Shown: positions 34,301 to 45,446 of the stretch, piece by piece
Layout: each line of letters begins with the position of its first letter
How positions within the stretch are numbered: position 1 is the stretch's first letter
Source: Geosiphon pyriformis uo1
Lineage: Eukaryota; Fungi; Glomeromycota
DNA length: 64,000 nucleotides
Direction of reading: 5' to 3'
Assembly (NCBI GenBank): GCA_016748015.1
Contig: JAAOMT010000352.1
Location: forward strand, 620,001-684,000
Program-made: the position numbers and the translations under genes
The notes under the pieces: model-generated
Databases searched by the model: none
What the model saw: the letters and a program-made list of their open reading frames with translations, nothing else
Told to the model about the DNA's origin: nothing

Positions 34301-36923
34301 ATATCTGTGAATATGGAACTGACAAGGGTCCCTTTAGGGATTTCAATAACATCTTCTGTTGGGTTGTGGATAGGAATTTTAAAGTGTTTATGGGCTTTGG
34401 CTGGTAGGTATAGATTAGCAATATCAGCTAGGGAACAGATTTTGGGACTGGCTTTGAATAACAAGACTTGATCTTGGATCTTTTAATTCACCTTAAGGAT
34501 GTATTGTCGGTATGGAGGAATAGAAATGATGGTGTCAGTGTAGATAAATTCTACCTGGTTACTGTCTTTCTTCATGAAATTAACTGGTATGTTTTCTCTT
34601 CCACTTGATCCAAACCCATTGATTCTTCAAGCAGTAAGGCCTAATTTTTTTCGGGTTGTTACCAGAGTCAATTAGGGTATTTTGACTAGGGGTAGAAAGA
34701 TAGCTTGGGCAATCTTTTCTTGTAATTCTATTTTGTAGGATCTGTCTGAATTGTTCTGTAGCATCATGATAATGTTTCCTGTGTAACTGGCATTGATGAT
34801 TCTTTCTTTTACGTCAATTTTTTTTTTGGCTAGACTAGATTGAGAGGCAACTTGTACTATTGTACTAACAGAAATTTCTAATGTTATCTTAAGATTTATT
34901 TTTACCAGAGAATGTGGAGCTATAATAATGGGTGATTGTCTGGAGTATTATAGGTCGAAACCAGCATTGATGTCATGTGCTCTTTTAGAGCAAATTTCTT
35001 TTTCGTTGTCACTGTACTATTTTAGCTCTAATTTTTTGAATAGGTCGGGATATATAAGATACTGTTCTGTTTCAGTATTCTCAGTTGGATCTTAAAATGA
35101 CATGTCTTTGGTAATTAATACCTTTTTTTCTTTGAACTCAGATAGTTCGGTGATTGGAAACAGTATTCTTGGAGGTAGATTAAACATGAGATTACATTCG
35201 TCACAATACTAGAAGTGACAGGGAATCAAACAGTGATTGCACAGTTTGGTATTCAAATTGGCTAACCTTTGCTCTTGTTTTTCTCGAATTGGGGCCAATT
35301 CCTGATATCAGTTCTGAAATGTATCTGAATTATCCGTGAAAAAATCATCTATGAAATAGTCAGATCTATTATATTCAGGTGTCCAGAGATTATCCTTGAT
35401 TTCTCGTATCTCTTCGGGCATGGCACTTTTGGCTTTGGTGCTTGCCATTCTCCAGATTTTGTGGTCATCATGTGGATAACTGCCCAATCTGTTGAGTGCT
35501 CGTTTCCAAGCATCCCCAATAGAGGTTCCCTTTTGTACCCAATCATTGATTAATATGGTGTATTAACAAGCCTTGTCACATGTTCTTTTTCTGCCAGGCA
35601 CATCATTCCAGAGTCTTTTATCTGGCAGGATCTTACCACAGGCAAGGCACAGTGTATTGTTCCATTTATCTTGTCATTTTGGTTGGCCAAATCTGTCCAA
35701 TAAACAATATTTGCAGTAGTATTTGGTGGCAATGGGCATTCTTCATTGTCTCCAATACATGCACCCATAGTGGATAGCTTCTTTCCACAATCAATACATA
35801 TAAGTCTTGAAAGTTGGTAAAATAAGTTTCTTTGGTCTGAGATTATGTATTCTAGTGATGATAATCGGGGTTTCTCTTTTGCTCTGTTTTTTTCTTTTTC
35901 TTCCCAGGTTGGTAGTGGAAGTAGTTCAGTTTGATAATCATCTGCCCATAAAACCTAATAGGTCTCAATGATTGGTGACAGTGGTATGTTTTTGAATTCA
36001 ATAAGAGGTTCCTCAGTATGTTGGGTTTTAAAGTGTCCACACATAGCTGGGACTTGGGCATGCTGTCCGTTGAACATGAGTTGAAGCTTTTGGGTGTTCT
36101 AGTCGAGAGTAGTATTAGCTTTTGACAACCAATTGTTTCCTACTAGAGCTTGATATTGAATAGCTTCTATGACAAGTACTTTGGTAGAGATCTGGATTTT
36201 ATTAATTTCAAAGGGGAAGTTGTCAATTTTTTCTATCAGGGTTTTTGTGTTTCCATCCGCTGTAATGATCTGGACAGTAGCAGCACAGTCTATTCAGCAA
36301 CTTAGTTGGTCTATAAGCTGTTTCATAATTATGCTACCAGCTGATCTGCTATCCAGGATTAACTTAATGTTTATTCCTCCAACTCTGGCATCAGTGTATA
36401 GAGCCATTATTGGTTTATCCTGATTGATGGCTGCTCTACTAAAAAAGCTATGGGTGTTTAAATTATTGATGTCAAAAAGAAATATCATGGCTAGAGTGGT
36501 GTCTTCGGTAATAGTGGCTGATGGGATATTGCTTTTTGTTTGTTTGGAAGATTTGGAGGTTTGCTCTACATCTCTTCTTTCCATAGGTGTAGATTTATCA
36601 AAACCCTGGTCTTCTGTAAGACTAGGATAGGAAGCTTGATTTGGGTATCCAGTTGGTGCTGGTCAAGATTGGACCAGATTGTGAGAAATTGGTCGAAATA
36701 GTCTATTGTTGGTTTGTACCTAATTGTTATTGGGATTGTTTTATCTCTGATTATAATCTATAGCTCAAGGTTTGGATGGGCTGTAAGAAAGAGTTGGATA
36801 GTAAAGGATTGCTTGTGTCATTGGTGGTAGTTGATAATAATTCTGGGGTGGTGGTTGAATGTATAGGACTTGTTGTGCATATTGGAGTGGTTGATTTTGA
36901 GGTATGGGATATTGGGATACCAT
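31396..36923 (-). pseudogene. pol: B1 pol pseudogene (linker, protease LILDSRSAG, Cys-rich, dUTPase ~34600-35010, dUTPase-like, RT YLDD, RNase H, IN)
   Basis: ORF fragments 36294..36584, 35550..35768, 34033..34464, 33232..33666, 32983..33189. Confidence 0.9.
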
Positions 36924-37127
36924 TGTTACGGTTTAAGAATTTAGCAAAAAGAATCATAAAAATAATACAAACTATTCAATCATAATATAGCACAGTAATA
37001 ATCTTAGAAAGGTAATAATTAACATAGTAGCAAACACCATCTCGCGATAGTGGCAAGCACCAGTTCACAATAGCAGCCAACACCAACTGGTGATAGCAGC
37101 AAGCACCAGGTTGAAATATCAAAAAGA
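36924..37127 (+). repeat. C 5' LTR (partial, ends in gap) with 23-bp array 37024-37110
   Basis: TGTTACGGTTTAAGAATTTAGC matches 43377 onward. Confidence 0.9.
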
Positions 37128-37147
37128 NNNNNNNNNNNNNNNNNNNN

Positions 37148-38634
37148 AAACCCCTAATCTTACTGTTCTTGAATTCTGCCGTGCTATTTACACACAAAAT
37201 CAAAGTGATCTTGGATTACCAGAAGGGTGTTGTCCAGCAGAATCTGCCCTCACTTATTATATCAACACCAGAATAAATTATCATATAGGAAAGGAAGAAG
37301 AACCACACGACGCAAAACTTGGATTGTATAGAGAATTATCACAATACACTACAAAAGAAGTAGCAGTAATAGCTGCAACTATTGTCAAAATCCATCGAGA
37401 AATTGAGCAATACGCCAAAAAAAATTTTCCAATATCCACAGGAAACACTAGGGAATGCACCAACAAAACCAAAGAAAATTTAGAAACTAATCAGGAAAGT
37501 AACCAGCAAAAACTAGGAACACCAGCTCAAACGCCAAAGAAAACTGTCACTCAATCAATAAAGAAACAACGTATTTATTCACCAGAAGATAAATCATACC
37601 ATTTTTCACCAGAAAATAAGATACAAATTCCATTAGGAGCTGCATTATCATCAACATCAACTCCACAAACGCCAAGAACTTCTAGTTATATTGATAAAAT
37701 TAAACAACGTAACTGGGGAGACATACCAATTACAGGAGGATATTCATCACTATTCCAAAACCCTCTTTTTCAGCCAAAATTTAGAACGGGGTTTGAAAAC
37801 CGTGAAGAGGAGTCTGAATCAGAATCCGAAAAAGAGACCAGCGAAAAAACANNNNNNNNNNNNNNNNNNNNTTCTTCCTGAAAGGCACAGCCGACTCGTG
37901 GTATCAAAGCCTGGAAACAAAACCCACGAGCTTCGCCGAATTTAAAAATGCACTCCTGGAGTATTTTAGCGACCCAAACGCCGTAATCCAACTACAGAAC
38001 AAATTCAATACTATCAAGCAAAATACCAGTGAAACTGTCACCCAATACCTTGCTCGATTCAATCGAATTCGCCATCAGATTGAAGCAATTGAACAAGGAT
38101 ACTACACTGATCCTCAGGTTTTAAATCAGTTTATTAGAGGATTAAAAAGCAGCATTTTAGGAAGAGTACACCCTGCCCACCCTAATTCCTTACCAGAAGC
38201 CATTACGCTTGCCAGAGCCCTTGAATCGGCTGAGAAAGAAGCTAACCATAGTCAAATGGTTAACATGGTAATGGAGGAAAATAAGACAGAAACATTAGAA
38301 AAAAGAGTAACGCGATTAGGGGAGGAACTCTCTAAGAAAATAGAAAGTTATCTCATCCCGGATCCGAGAAAAAATACATACCAACCACCCCAAAGATGCA
38401 GCCAGGAAGTCAGCGACAGTCGAAATAATCGCCCGTCGCGCCAGGAATTCAGAACAGAAACACGCACCTGCCATTTTTGCAAATGCGTAGGACATTTGAT
38501 TAGTCAATGTCGAACGTGAATGATGCAGGAAGCACGCGAAAATAATTACTACGCGCCACCCCAAATGCCCAGAAACCAGTACATGCCAATACCACGCCAA
38601 TATCCCACCACGTATCAAAATCAAGGAGCTTACC
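37148..38634 (+). CDS. gag: C gag fragments (N-terminal extension, Gag capsid-like domain 37872-38260, CCHC knuckle CHFCKCVGHLISQC; one TGA at 38517, probably from CGA)
   Basis: ORFs 37090..37881 and 38256..38519; FFLKGTADSWYQSL and VLNQFIRGL motifs. Confidence 0.85.
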
Positions 38635-38654
38635 NNNNNNNNNNNNNNNNNNNN

Positions 38655-39753
38655 TAATACAACCATCAATGAGCCCATGGTCCTCACCAGTTGTTTTAGT
38701 AAGGAAAAAGAACAGAAAAATTAGATTTTGCGTCGACTATCGCAAACTAAACAGCAAAACAACCAAAGACTCATACCCAATACCATTAATTGATGAAATC
38801 TTCGACATTTTTGGAGGAGCAAAATGGTTTTCTACATTGGACTTGACCAGTGGGTACTGGCAAGTGGAAATGGACCCAAAGGACAGGCATAAAACAGCAT
38901 TCACAACACAAAATGGCAATTATGAGTTCAATGTAATGCCATTTGGATTAACAAACGCTCCCGCGACATTCCAAAGACTAATGGACGTAATTTACTCCAG
39001 AATCCTGTGGCAATCCATTGTTGTCTACTTGGATGATACAAATGTTTTCTCATCAAAATTCACGGATCATCTCCAACATTTACAACAAGTTTTTGAGAGA
39101 TTGAGACATGCTGGACTTAAACTAAATCTAGAAAAATGTTTCTTTGGGAAAAATAAGCTAGCATTTTTAGGACATGTAGTTGGAAAAAATGGAATAAAAC
39201 CAGATCCATCAAAAATAGACAAAGTGAAAAATTTTCCAGTACCTCGAAACGTCTCAGAAGTTAGAAGCTTTTTAGGACTCGCATCTTACTACCGCCGCTT
39301 TGTAGAAAACTTTTCAAACATCGCCAAACCCCTTAATTACCTACTATCTAAAAATGTGAAGTTTGAATGGACTGAAGCACAACAAAAAGCTTTTGAGTAC
39401 CTTAGACAAAAGCTCATTGAATCACCAATAATGATCTATCCGAATTTCAACAAAAAATTCATTTTGGCCACAGATGCCTCTGGAACTGGACTTGGAGCCA
39501 TTCTGTCACAAAAAGATGATAATGGAAGAGAACGTGTAATCGCTTATGCCAGCAGAAGTCTCAGTACGGCAGAACAAAACTACGCAGCACATGAACTTGA
39601 ATGCTTAGCAGTAGTCTGGAGTTGTGTTCACTTTGACACATATTTACGGTATCAACCCTTTGAGATTACGACAGATCATAGAGGTCTGGTCTGGTTAAAT
39701 AACAAGAAAGCGCTAAAAGGAAAATACGCCAGATGGTCACAAACATTAGCACC
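38655..39753 (+). CDS. pol: C reverse transcriptase and RNase H (uninterrupted fragment)
   Basis: ORF 38669..39808: SPWSSPVVLVRKK, RFCVDYRKLN, MPFGL, YLDD, TDASG, ELECLA, TDH. Confidence 0.95.
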
Positions 39754-39773
39754 NNNNNNNNNNNNNNNNNNNN

Positions 39774-41009
39774 AATTGACTCATTCCCTTTCGAAATTAA
39801 CGGCATAGTAATATCTACAAAAGTATTAGTAATGGACGCTACACAATATCAAGCGTTAATAGGGAATGACTGGCTAACAAAAGCCAACGCCACCCTAGAC
39901 TGGACCACCCAAGAGCTTCTGATCAATTATAATAGCCACCAGGCCAAAATTCCAGCCACCTGTGGCCACTTCCAAAAACCCAGCGCCAACCAAAGACCTA
40001 CCTTCGAATTTGAGGAAAATCCAGCACTACCAGCCATTGAAACCTATCAGCTCTCTTGGGCTGATGACCAAAGAACAGGACTACCAGCTGTACCAACGTG
40101 GACCAGCGAAGAAAGATCCGAATGGAACCAGATAAGTTCACGAAGAAACCACCAGCAACACAGACTAAAGCTAGAATGCTCAGTTTGCAAGAAGAAACTC
40201 TCGTCTATGACTGCGTGCAGCGCACTGGACGAAGACCCAAGAAACCCCACCCACTACTATTGTAACCGTTGTAACAAAGAAAAATACGGTTACTCAGAAA
40301 GACACGGAAAATGGGACGAGGAACCGTGCCTCGCTTGTAGAGAACCGTTACCAAGAGGGTGCGACTGGAACAACTTACCAGGCAGAGGAGGAACGTGTGA
40401 CACAACTTGCCAATACACGATCCTCATCTGTGACTGGGTAAGAGGAGGAACGCCGTTCGAAGCAGCGTTCAACAGAGCGTTAAAAAGACTACAGCACTAC
40501 CCACACGACGAGGACGAGTTGTACAACACCGCACAAGCCAAAGTAAGAGGAGGAACCGCCAAAGAAATATGATGTTGGAAAGAGTCAGCCGAAGTAGCCG
40601 ACGAAGTCGCCAGCTACAACATGTTTGACCCAGTGGACGAATTCCAGGACTACTACCAACAACTATGCCCCACTCGACAAAAGCAAGAACAATACCTCGC
40701 CCAAATCAACACTTACCTCTGCGAAAACTGTCTCATCCCATGCCAAAGTCAGTGCTGTGAAGAGTGTCAAGACGAAAGGGACTTAGAAAGAAAAATGGAA
40801 ATTGAGAATCAGCAGTCTCAAAATCAATCAATAAATCAACAAGACTCACTTGACGGTCCCGAGTCAGAAAAATTTGTAGCCTATACTGACCTAGAACAGG
40901 TGACCGACATCCAATACTTCGACAATGGGCACTTAGGAATAATACCCGAAAGAGCCCATCCAACCGACGCCGGATTCGATCTACGTTATCTGGAAGACCA
41001 ATCCACAAC
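39774..41009 (+). CDS. pol: C protease C-terminus, Cys-rich multi-zinc-finger domain (~40165-40775) and start of dUTPase
   Basis: ORFs 39733..40572 and 40621..41187; LIGNDWL protease motif; six or more CxxC/CxxxC pairs. Confidence 0.88.
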
Positions 41010-41029
41010 NNNNNNNNNNNNNNNNNNNN

Positions 41030-41773
41030 CAGCAACAGCCCATGATAGCCAACCCGAATTGGCGTCCCGAGGCCCGAAATCAGCCCATGTAGAACCAGAA
41101 TGCGTTGGTCCAGAGGAATCCAAACTGCGCCAGAACCAATCAGCAAACCAATCCAAACTACCAAAATTATCAACAAACTTACCTTAATATACCAGAAAAC
41201 CTGATCATCGGAAACAATGACAGTAGAAACATAAACAGAACCAAGAATTCCTCCAAATTGAGCCAGACAATACCACCAGCAGTTGCCACCGAAGATAGCA
41301 GCCTTGCAGCTATTTTTCCTTTTGAATTAGAGGAAAACGAGACTATGTTCAGTGGAGCAGCATTGGACGAAAAACGCCCAATCACTGCTATGTATACGGA
41401 AGCCACTGTAAACAATACCCCAATCAAACTTATCTTAAACAGCGGATCCACTGGAAACATCGTAACGCTTTAACTAGTAAACCAACTGGGTTTCAAAGTT
41501 GATCGTGCCGCGACGTCCCAAATCATAACAGCCGATGGAAGTACAAAGCTGCCTTATGGCGAAATTGACTCATTCCCTTTCGAAATTAACGGCATAGTAA
41601 TATCTACAAAAGTATTAGTAATGGACGCTACACAATATCAAGCGTTAATAGGGAATGACTGGCTAACAAAAGCCAACGCCACCCTAGACTGGACCACCCA
41701 AGAGCTTCTGATCAATTATAATAGCCACCAGGCCAAAATTCCAGCCACCTGTGGCCACTTCCAAAAACCCAGC
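41030..41773 (+). CDS. pol: C Q/N linker and aspartic protease (LILNSGS, catalytic D>N)
   Basis: ORFs 41105..41473 and 41621..; 3' end overlaps 39774-39984 identically. Confidence 0.85.
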
Positions 41774-41793
41774 NNNNNNNNNNNNNNNNNNNN

Positions 41794-42444
41794 TGTCAAG
41801 ACGAAAGGGACTTAGAAAGAAAAATGGAAATTGAGAATCAGCAGTCTCAAAATCAATCAATAAATCAACAAGACTCACTTGACGGTCCCGAGTCAGAAAA
41901 ATTTGTAGCCTATACTGACCTAGAACAGGTGACCGACATCCAATACTTCGACAATGGGCACTTAGGAATAATACCCGAAAGAGCCCATCCAACCGACGCC
42001 GGATTCGATCTACGTTATCTGGAAGACCAATCCACAACGTTACCACCCAGGAGCATCACCAAAATCGACCTAAAATTAGCGGTTGAAATTCCACCAGGAA
42101 TAATGGTTCAAATGGCGTCGCGATCAAGCCTCGCGAAAAAAGGAATAAGCGTTCAAGGAGGAGTAATTGACTCCGGATACACCGGAAATTTGATGGTTTT
42201 GCTACAGAACAATTCAGAAAAGCCTTATACCATTGAATCTAAGGAAAAGATTGCACAAGCAATTTTCCTACCATTGGTAAAAATTGGGAAATTCGTGCCA
42301 GTGGAAAATCGTGAGGAATTGTCACAAACAACGAGAGGAACTTTTGGTTTCGGATCGACAGGAAAAGGAATTGAAGCGAATTTCGCTGAAACAATAGAGG
42401 AAAAAGGCGAAGTAATTAAAAATGAGCAGTCCATCACACTCCTA
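41794..42444 (+). CDS. dut: C dUTPase domain with all five trimeric dUTPase motifs
   Basis: AGFDL, SRSS, GVIDSGYTG, IAQAI, RGTFGFGSTG in ORF 41824.. Confidence 0.95.
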
Positions 42445-42662
42445 NNNNNNNNNNNNNNNNNNNNNNNNNNNNNNNNNNNNNNNNNNNNNNNNNNNNNNNN
42501 NNNNNNNNNNNNNNNNNNNNNNNNNNNNNNNNNNNNNNNNNNNNNNNNNNNNNNNNNNNNNNNNNNNNNNNNNNNNNNNNNNNNNNNNNNNNNNNNNNNN
42601 NNNNNNNNNNNNNNNNNNNNNNNNNNNNNNNNNNNNNNNNNNNNNNNNNNNNNNNNNNNNNN

Positions 42663-43066
42663 CCAACGTGCAACTAGCCATTACTATTGGCCAAAAATGA
42701 GCTCAGACATAATCCAATACATAAGAAATTGTGACCCATGCCAACGAAGAGGAAGAACAAAAACAACGGAATTATTAAGACCAATAAAAGTTGGACAGCC
42801 ATTTGACAGAATCGGAATTGATTTAGTTGGACCCTTACCAATAACAACAAGAAACAACCGTTATATTGCAGTAGCCATGGACTATCTCACCAAATGGCCA
42901 GAAGCTAGAGCTATTAAAACAGCTGATGCTATTTCCGTAGCTCAATTCGTACATGAAGACTTAATTTGCCGACATGGATGTCCACAAGAATTGCTATCAG
43001 ATCAAGGCACACACTTCATAAACAGCACCTTAAAAGAACTTAGCCAAAAATTTGGAATCAAGCGAC
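42663..43066 (+). CDS. pol: C integrase fragment (zinc-binding C2 half and rve core)
   Basis: YYWPKM...CDPCQRRG, IGIDLVGPL, DYLTKWPEA, LSDQGTHF. Confidence 0.92.
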
Positions 43067-43086
43067 NNNNNNNNNNNNNNNNNNNN

Positions 43087-43363
43087 CAAAACAACTATCC
43101 AACTATTAGAACCTTTCATTGGAAAAACCAACACTACATTCTATTCAAAAACAGTTTACAGAATTTTCAAAGCATTTGAAAACTGTCACAAATTATTGTT
43201 GGACCCAACCATGAACATAATAACAACCAACAGTATTGGACGACTTACCAACTCGCAATTTCAAGAATTACAACAACAAATTAATAACACAGTATTGAAC
43301 CACTATAGTAACTTAGAATTTAATGAAGAAATTAACTTCAATTTCGACGGAGCTCAATCTTGA
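43087..43363 (+). CDS. C ORF3, C-terminal part (uninterrupted)
   Basis: ...LEPFIGKTNTTFYSKTVYRIFKAF...ITTNSIGRLTNSQFQEL...FDGAQS*; aligns with A and B ORF3. Confidence 0.85.
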
Positions 43364-43376
43364 AAGGAGGGGATAA

Positions 43377-43743
43377 TGTTACAGTTTAAGAATTTAGCAA
43401 AAAGAATCATAAAAATAATACAAACTATTCAATCATNNNNNNNNNNNNNNNNNNNNCATTCTGTGTTTCTAGATTAGAGAAACACATCAGGCAATTGCAA
43501 GGATAGCCTCAGAGAAGACCCCAGACAGTGGATAGATTTCAGTTCAGCCTCTGAGAAGGAGTACATAAACACATACAACAATCAAGAATTAAAGAATAAC
43601 TTATATCGCAACAGTAAAAAGAAAGCCTTCAGTGTAACAAGTGACATTATCACACAAATAGAATTGAGGAACTCACGAAAGACTGATTGCAATTAAAGTG
43701 GGATATCAGCAATTAAATATAACAAGAAAACCATCCCGTAACA
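43377..43743 (+). repeat. C 3' LTR (contains a gap)
   Basis: TGTTAC after PPT; GTAACA at 43738-43743 then TSD. Confidence 0.9.
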
Positions 43744-43747
43744 CCAT

Positions 43748-45385
43748 GCTTTGCTGATATCTTGGTTGCTGGTATTGGTTTCTTTGATTTTGGTCTATGA
43801 TTTTTTTTCTGCAGTCCTGAGTAATGTGTCCAGGTTTCTGGCAGTAGTAACAATTACGGAGATTGGTTTTCCAGAGTTGTTGCTGTTGCTGATGATTCTG
43901 TTGCTGTGGGTATTTGTTGTTGTTATTTTCTCTCTATTGTGGTGGTCAATAGGTTCCTGTAGTTTTGGCTAAGAATCCCTTAATTTTCTGAGTTAGTTTC
44001 TTACTCAATTGGGTTATCTTTGCATCAATGTCAGAGGTTTTATTAATGGCTAAATTAATGGCTTGGGTATGGTTTGCTTCTTGTTCTGCAGACTCAAAAT
44101 CATGAGTAAGAGTAACAGCATCTTGTAAATTAGTCAGATGGCGGGGTCTTATGGATCTTAGAATACTACTCCACAATCCTTTAATGAATTGATTAAGAAC
44201 TTGCACTGTGGTGTTGTAGTCTCTTTCGATAGCTAATATTTGACAAAAGATTTGATTGAATTGTCTAAGATAAGTAGTTACTACTTTGTAATTTTTTTGT
44301 TTAATTATGTTGAATTAATTCTGCAATCGGATTAAAGTATTGGGATTACAAAAGTATCATAGAAAGGTGAGCTTAAAGGTATTAAAGTTGGTTGGTTTTT
44401 CTGCAAGGCTTTGATACCACGAGTCTGCAGTTCTGGTTAGAAAAAATGACAGTGCTTGAATAGCTCTGTCATCATCCCAGTTGTTGGCAGTAATTGCTTT
44501 CTTGGCTTCTGCAATCCACAAATACACATTATCTTCTTCCTCTGAGAATTTTTCTAACTTAGTGATATCTTAGTAGACCATGATCCAGTTGATGAGTGGG
44601 GTGTTACTGGTTACGTTTAAGGGGGTTGGTGTCCGCATATTTGAGTGTTCTCCAGGTGCTAATGCTGGTTGTTTCTCTTTGTCACTTGAACCACTAGGTT
44701 GTAAGATAACTGTTTCTTCTATTAGGGGAGATGCTGATTCTGTTGGGTTTTGTGCTGATGGTTATTTCCAAGTTGACATGTTTCTTTCTGTTTGACCGGC
44801 TGTTAGGGTAAGAATTCCAAACAGCAATCTGTATTCTCCTAATGATTTGGTCCAACTGTGTTGATTTCAAGGGTGTGAATTTTCAGGAGTTCATGGTGTT
44901 TCTGATTGGGTTTCTGGGGGTGGGTTGAATACAATTCTACTTTGGGGTGTCTGATAGTATGATGAAGTTGTTGAGAAGAGAAATCTTGGTTTTTTGTTGA
45001 CTGTAGACTTGGTTTGAGCAGTTGCGGGATTGTTGGATTTGTCTTCGTATTCTTCAGGGTTGGATTCCACTGGTTGTTGTACTTGAGAGAATTGTTTTGT
45101 CATATAATGTTTAATGTCCATATCAATTATACATAGGATTTCAGTGATTGCTCGAGTAGTGGTAATTGTTGAGTACCTTAGTAAACTTTAATGAATTTGT
45201 TCTCCAAGTTTTCCTGTGTCAGTTGCATGGCCTAACAAGCAGTTGATTTTTGCATTGATATAGTTGCAAAAATTACTTTCTGTGATGGTGGTTTTTGCTG
45301 GGATTCCTAGATTCTTTCGAAAATATTGAAATAGTACTCTTCTATATAAGGAGTGGTTTTTTTCTATTGTTTTAATAGTCAGCAC
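43748..45385 (-). pseudogene. gag: B1 gag pseudogene
   Basis: ORFs 45188..45385, 44891..45121, 43946..44206 (VLNQFIKGL); CCHC-like region ~43815-43860. Confidence 0.88.
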
Positions 45386-45446
45386 TTTTGTGTATTTCTG
45401 GGGTGCTCTGTCTCTGTGGATTTATAACCTTACAGAGAGCACCAAA

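Larger units (their letters stand above)
36924..43743 (+). mobile_element. Family C element, youngest copy, TSD CCAT; interior is incomplete and mis-ordered around N gaps
   Basis: CCAT at 36920-36923 and 43744-43747; first 60 bp of the two LTRs differ at one position; CpG-rich long ORFs; PPT GAAAGGAGGGGATAA 43362-43376. Confidence 0.92.

Noticed and set aside
37024-37110. CRISPR-like repeats
   Set aside because: Short degenerate tandem units without unique spacers, inside LTRs, no cas genes, eukaryotic context.
38655-42444. Apparent RT-before-protease order and duplicated protease/dUTPase segments in C
   Set aside because: Every switch is at a 20-N gap, and segments overlap identically (39774-39984 = 41563-41773; 40765-41009 = 41794-42038). 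Reordering gives the normal order, so this is a scaffolding artefact.
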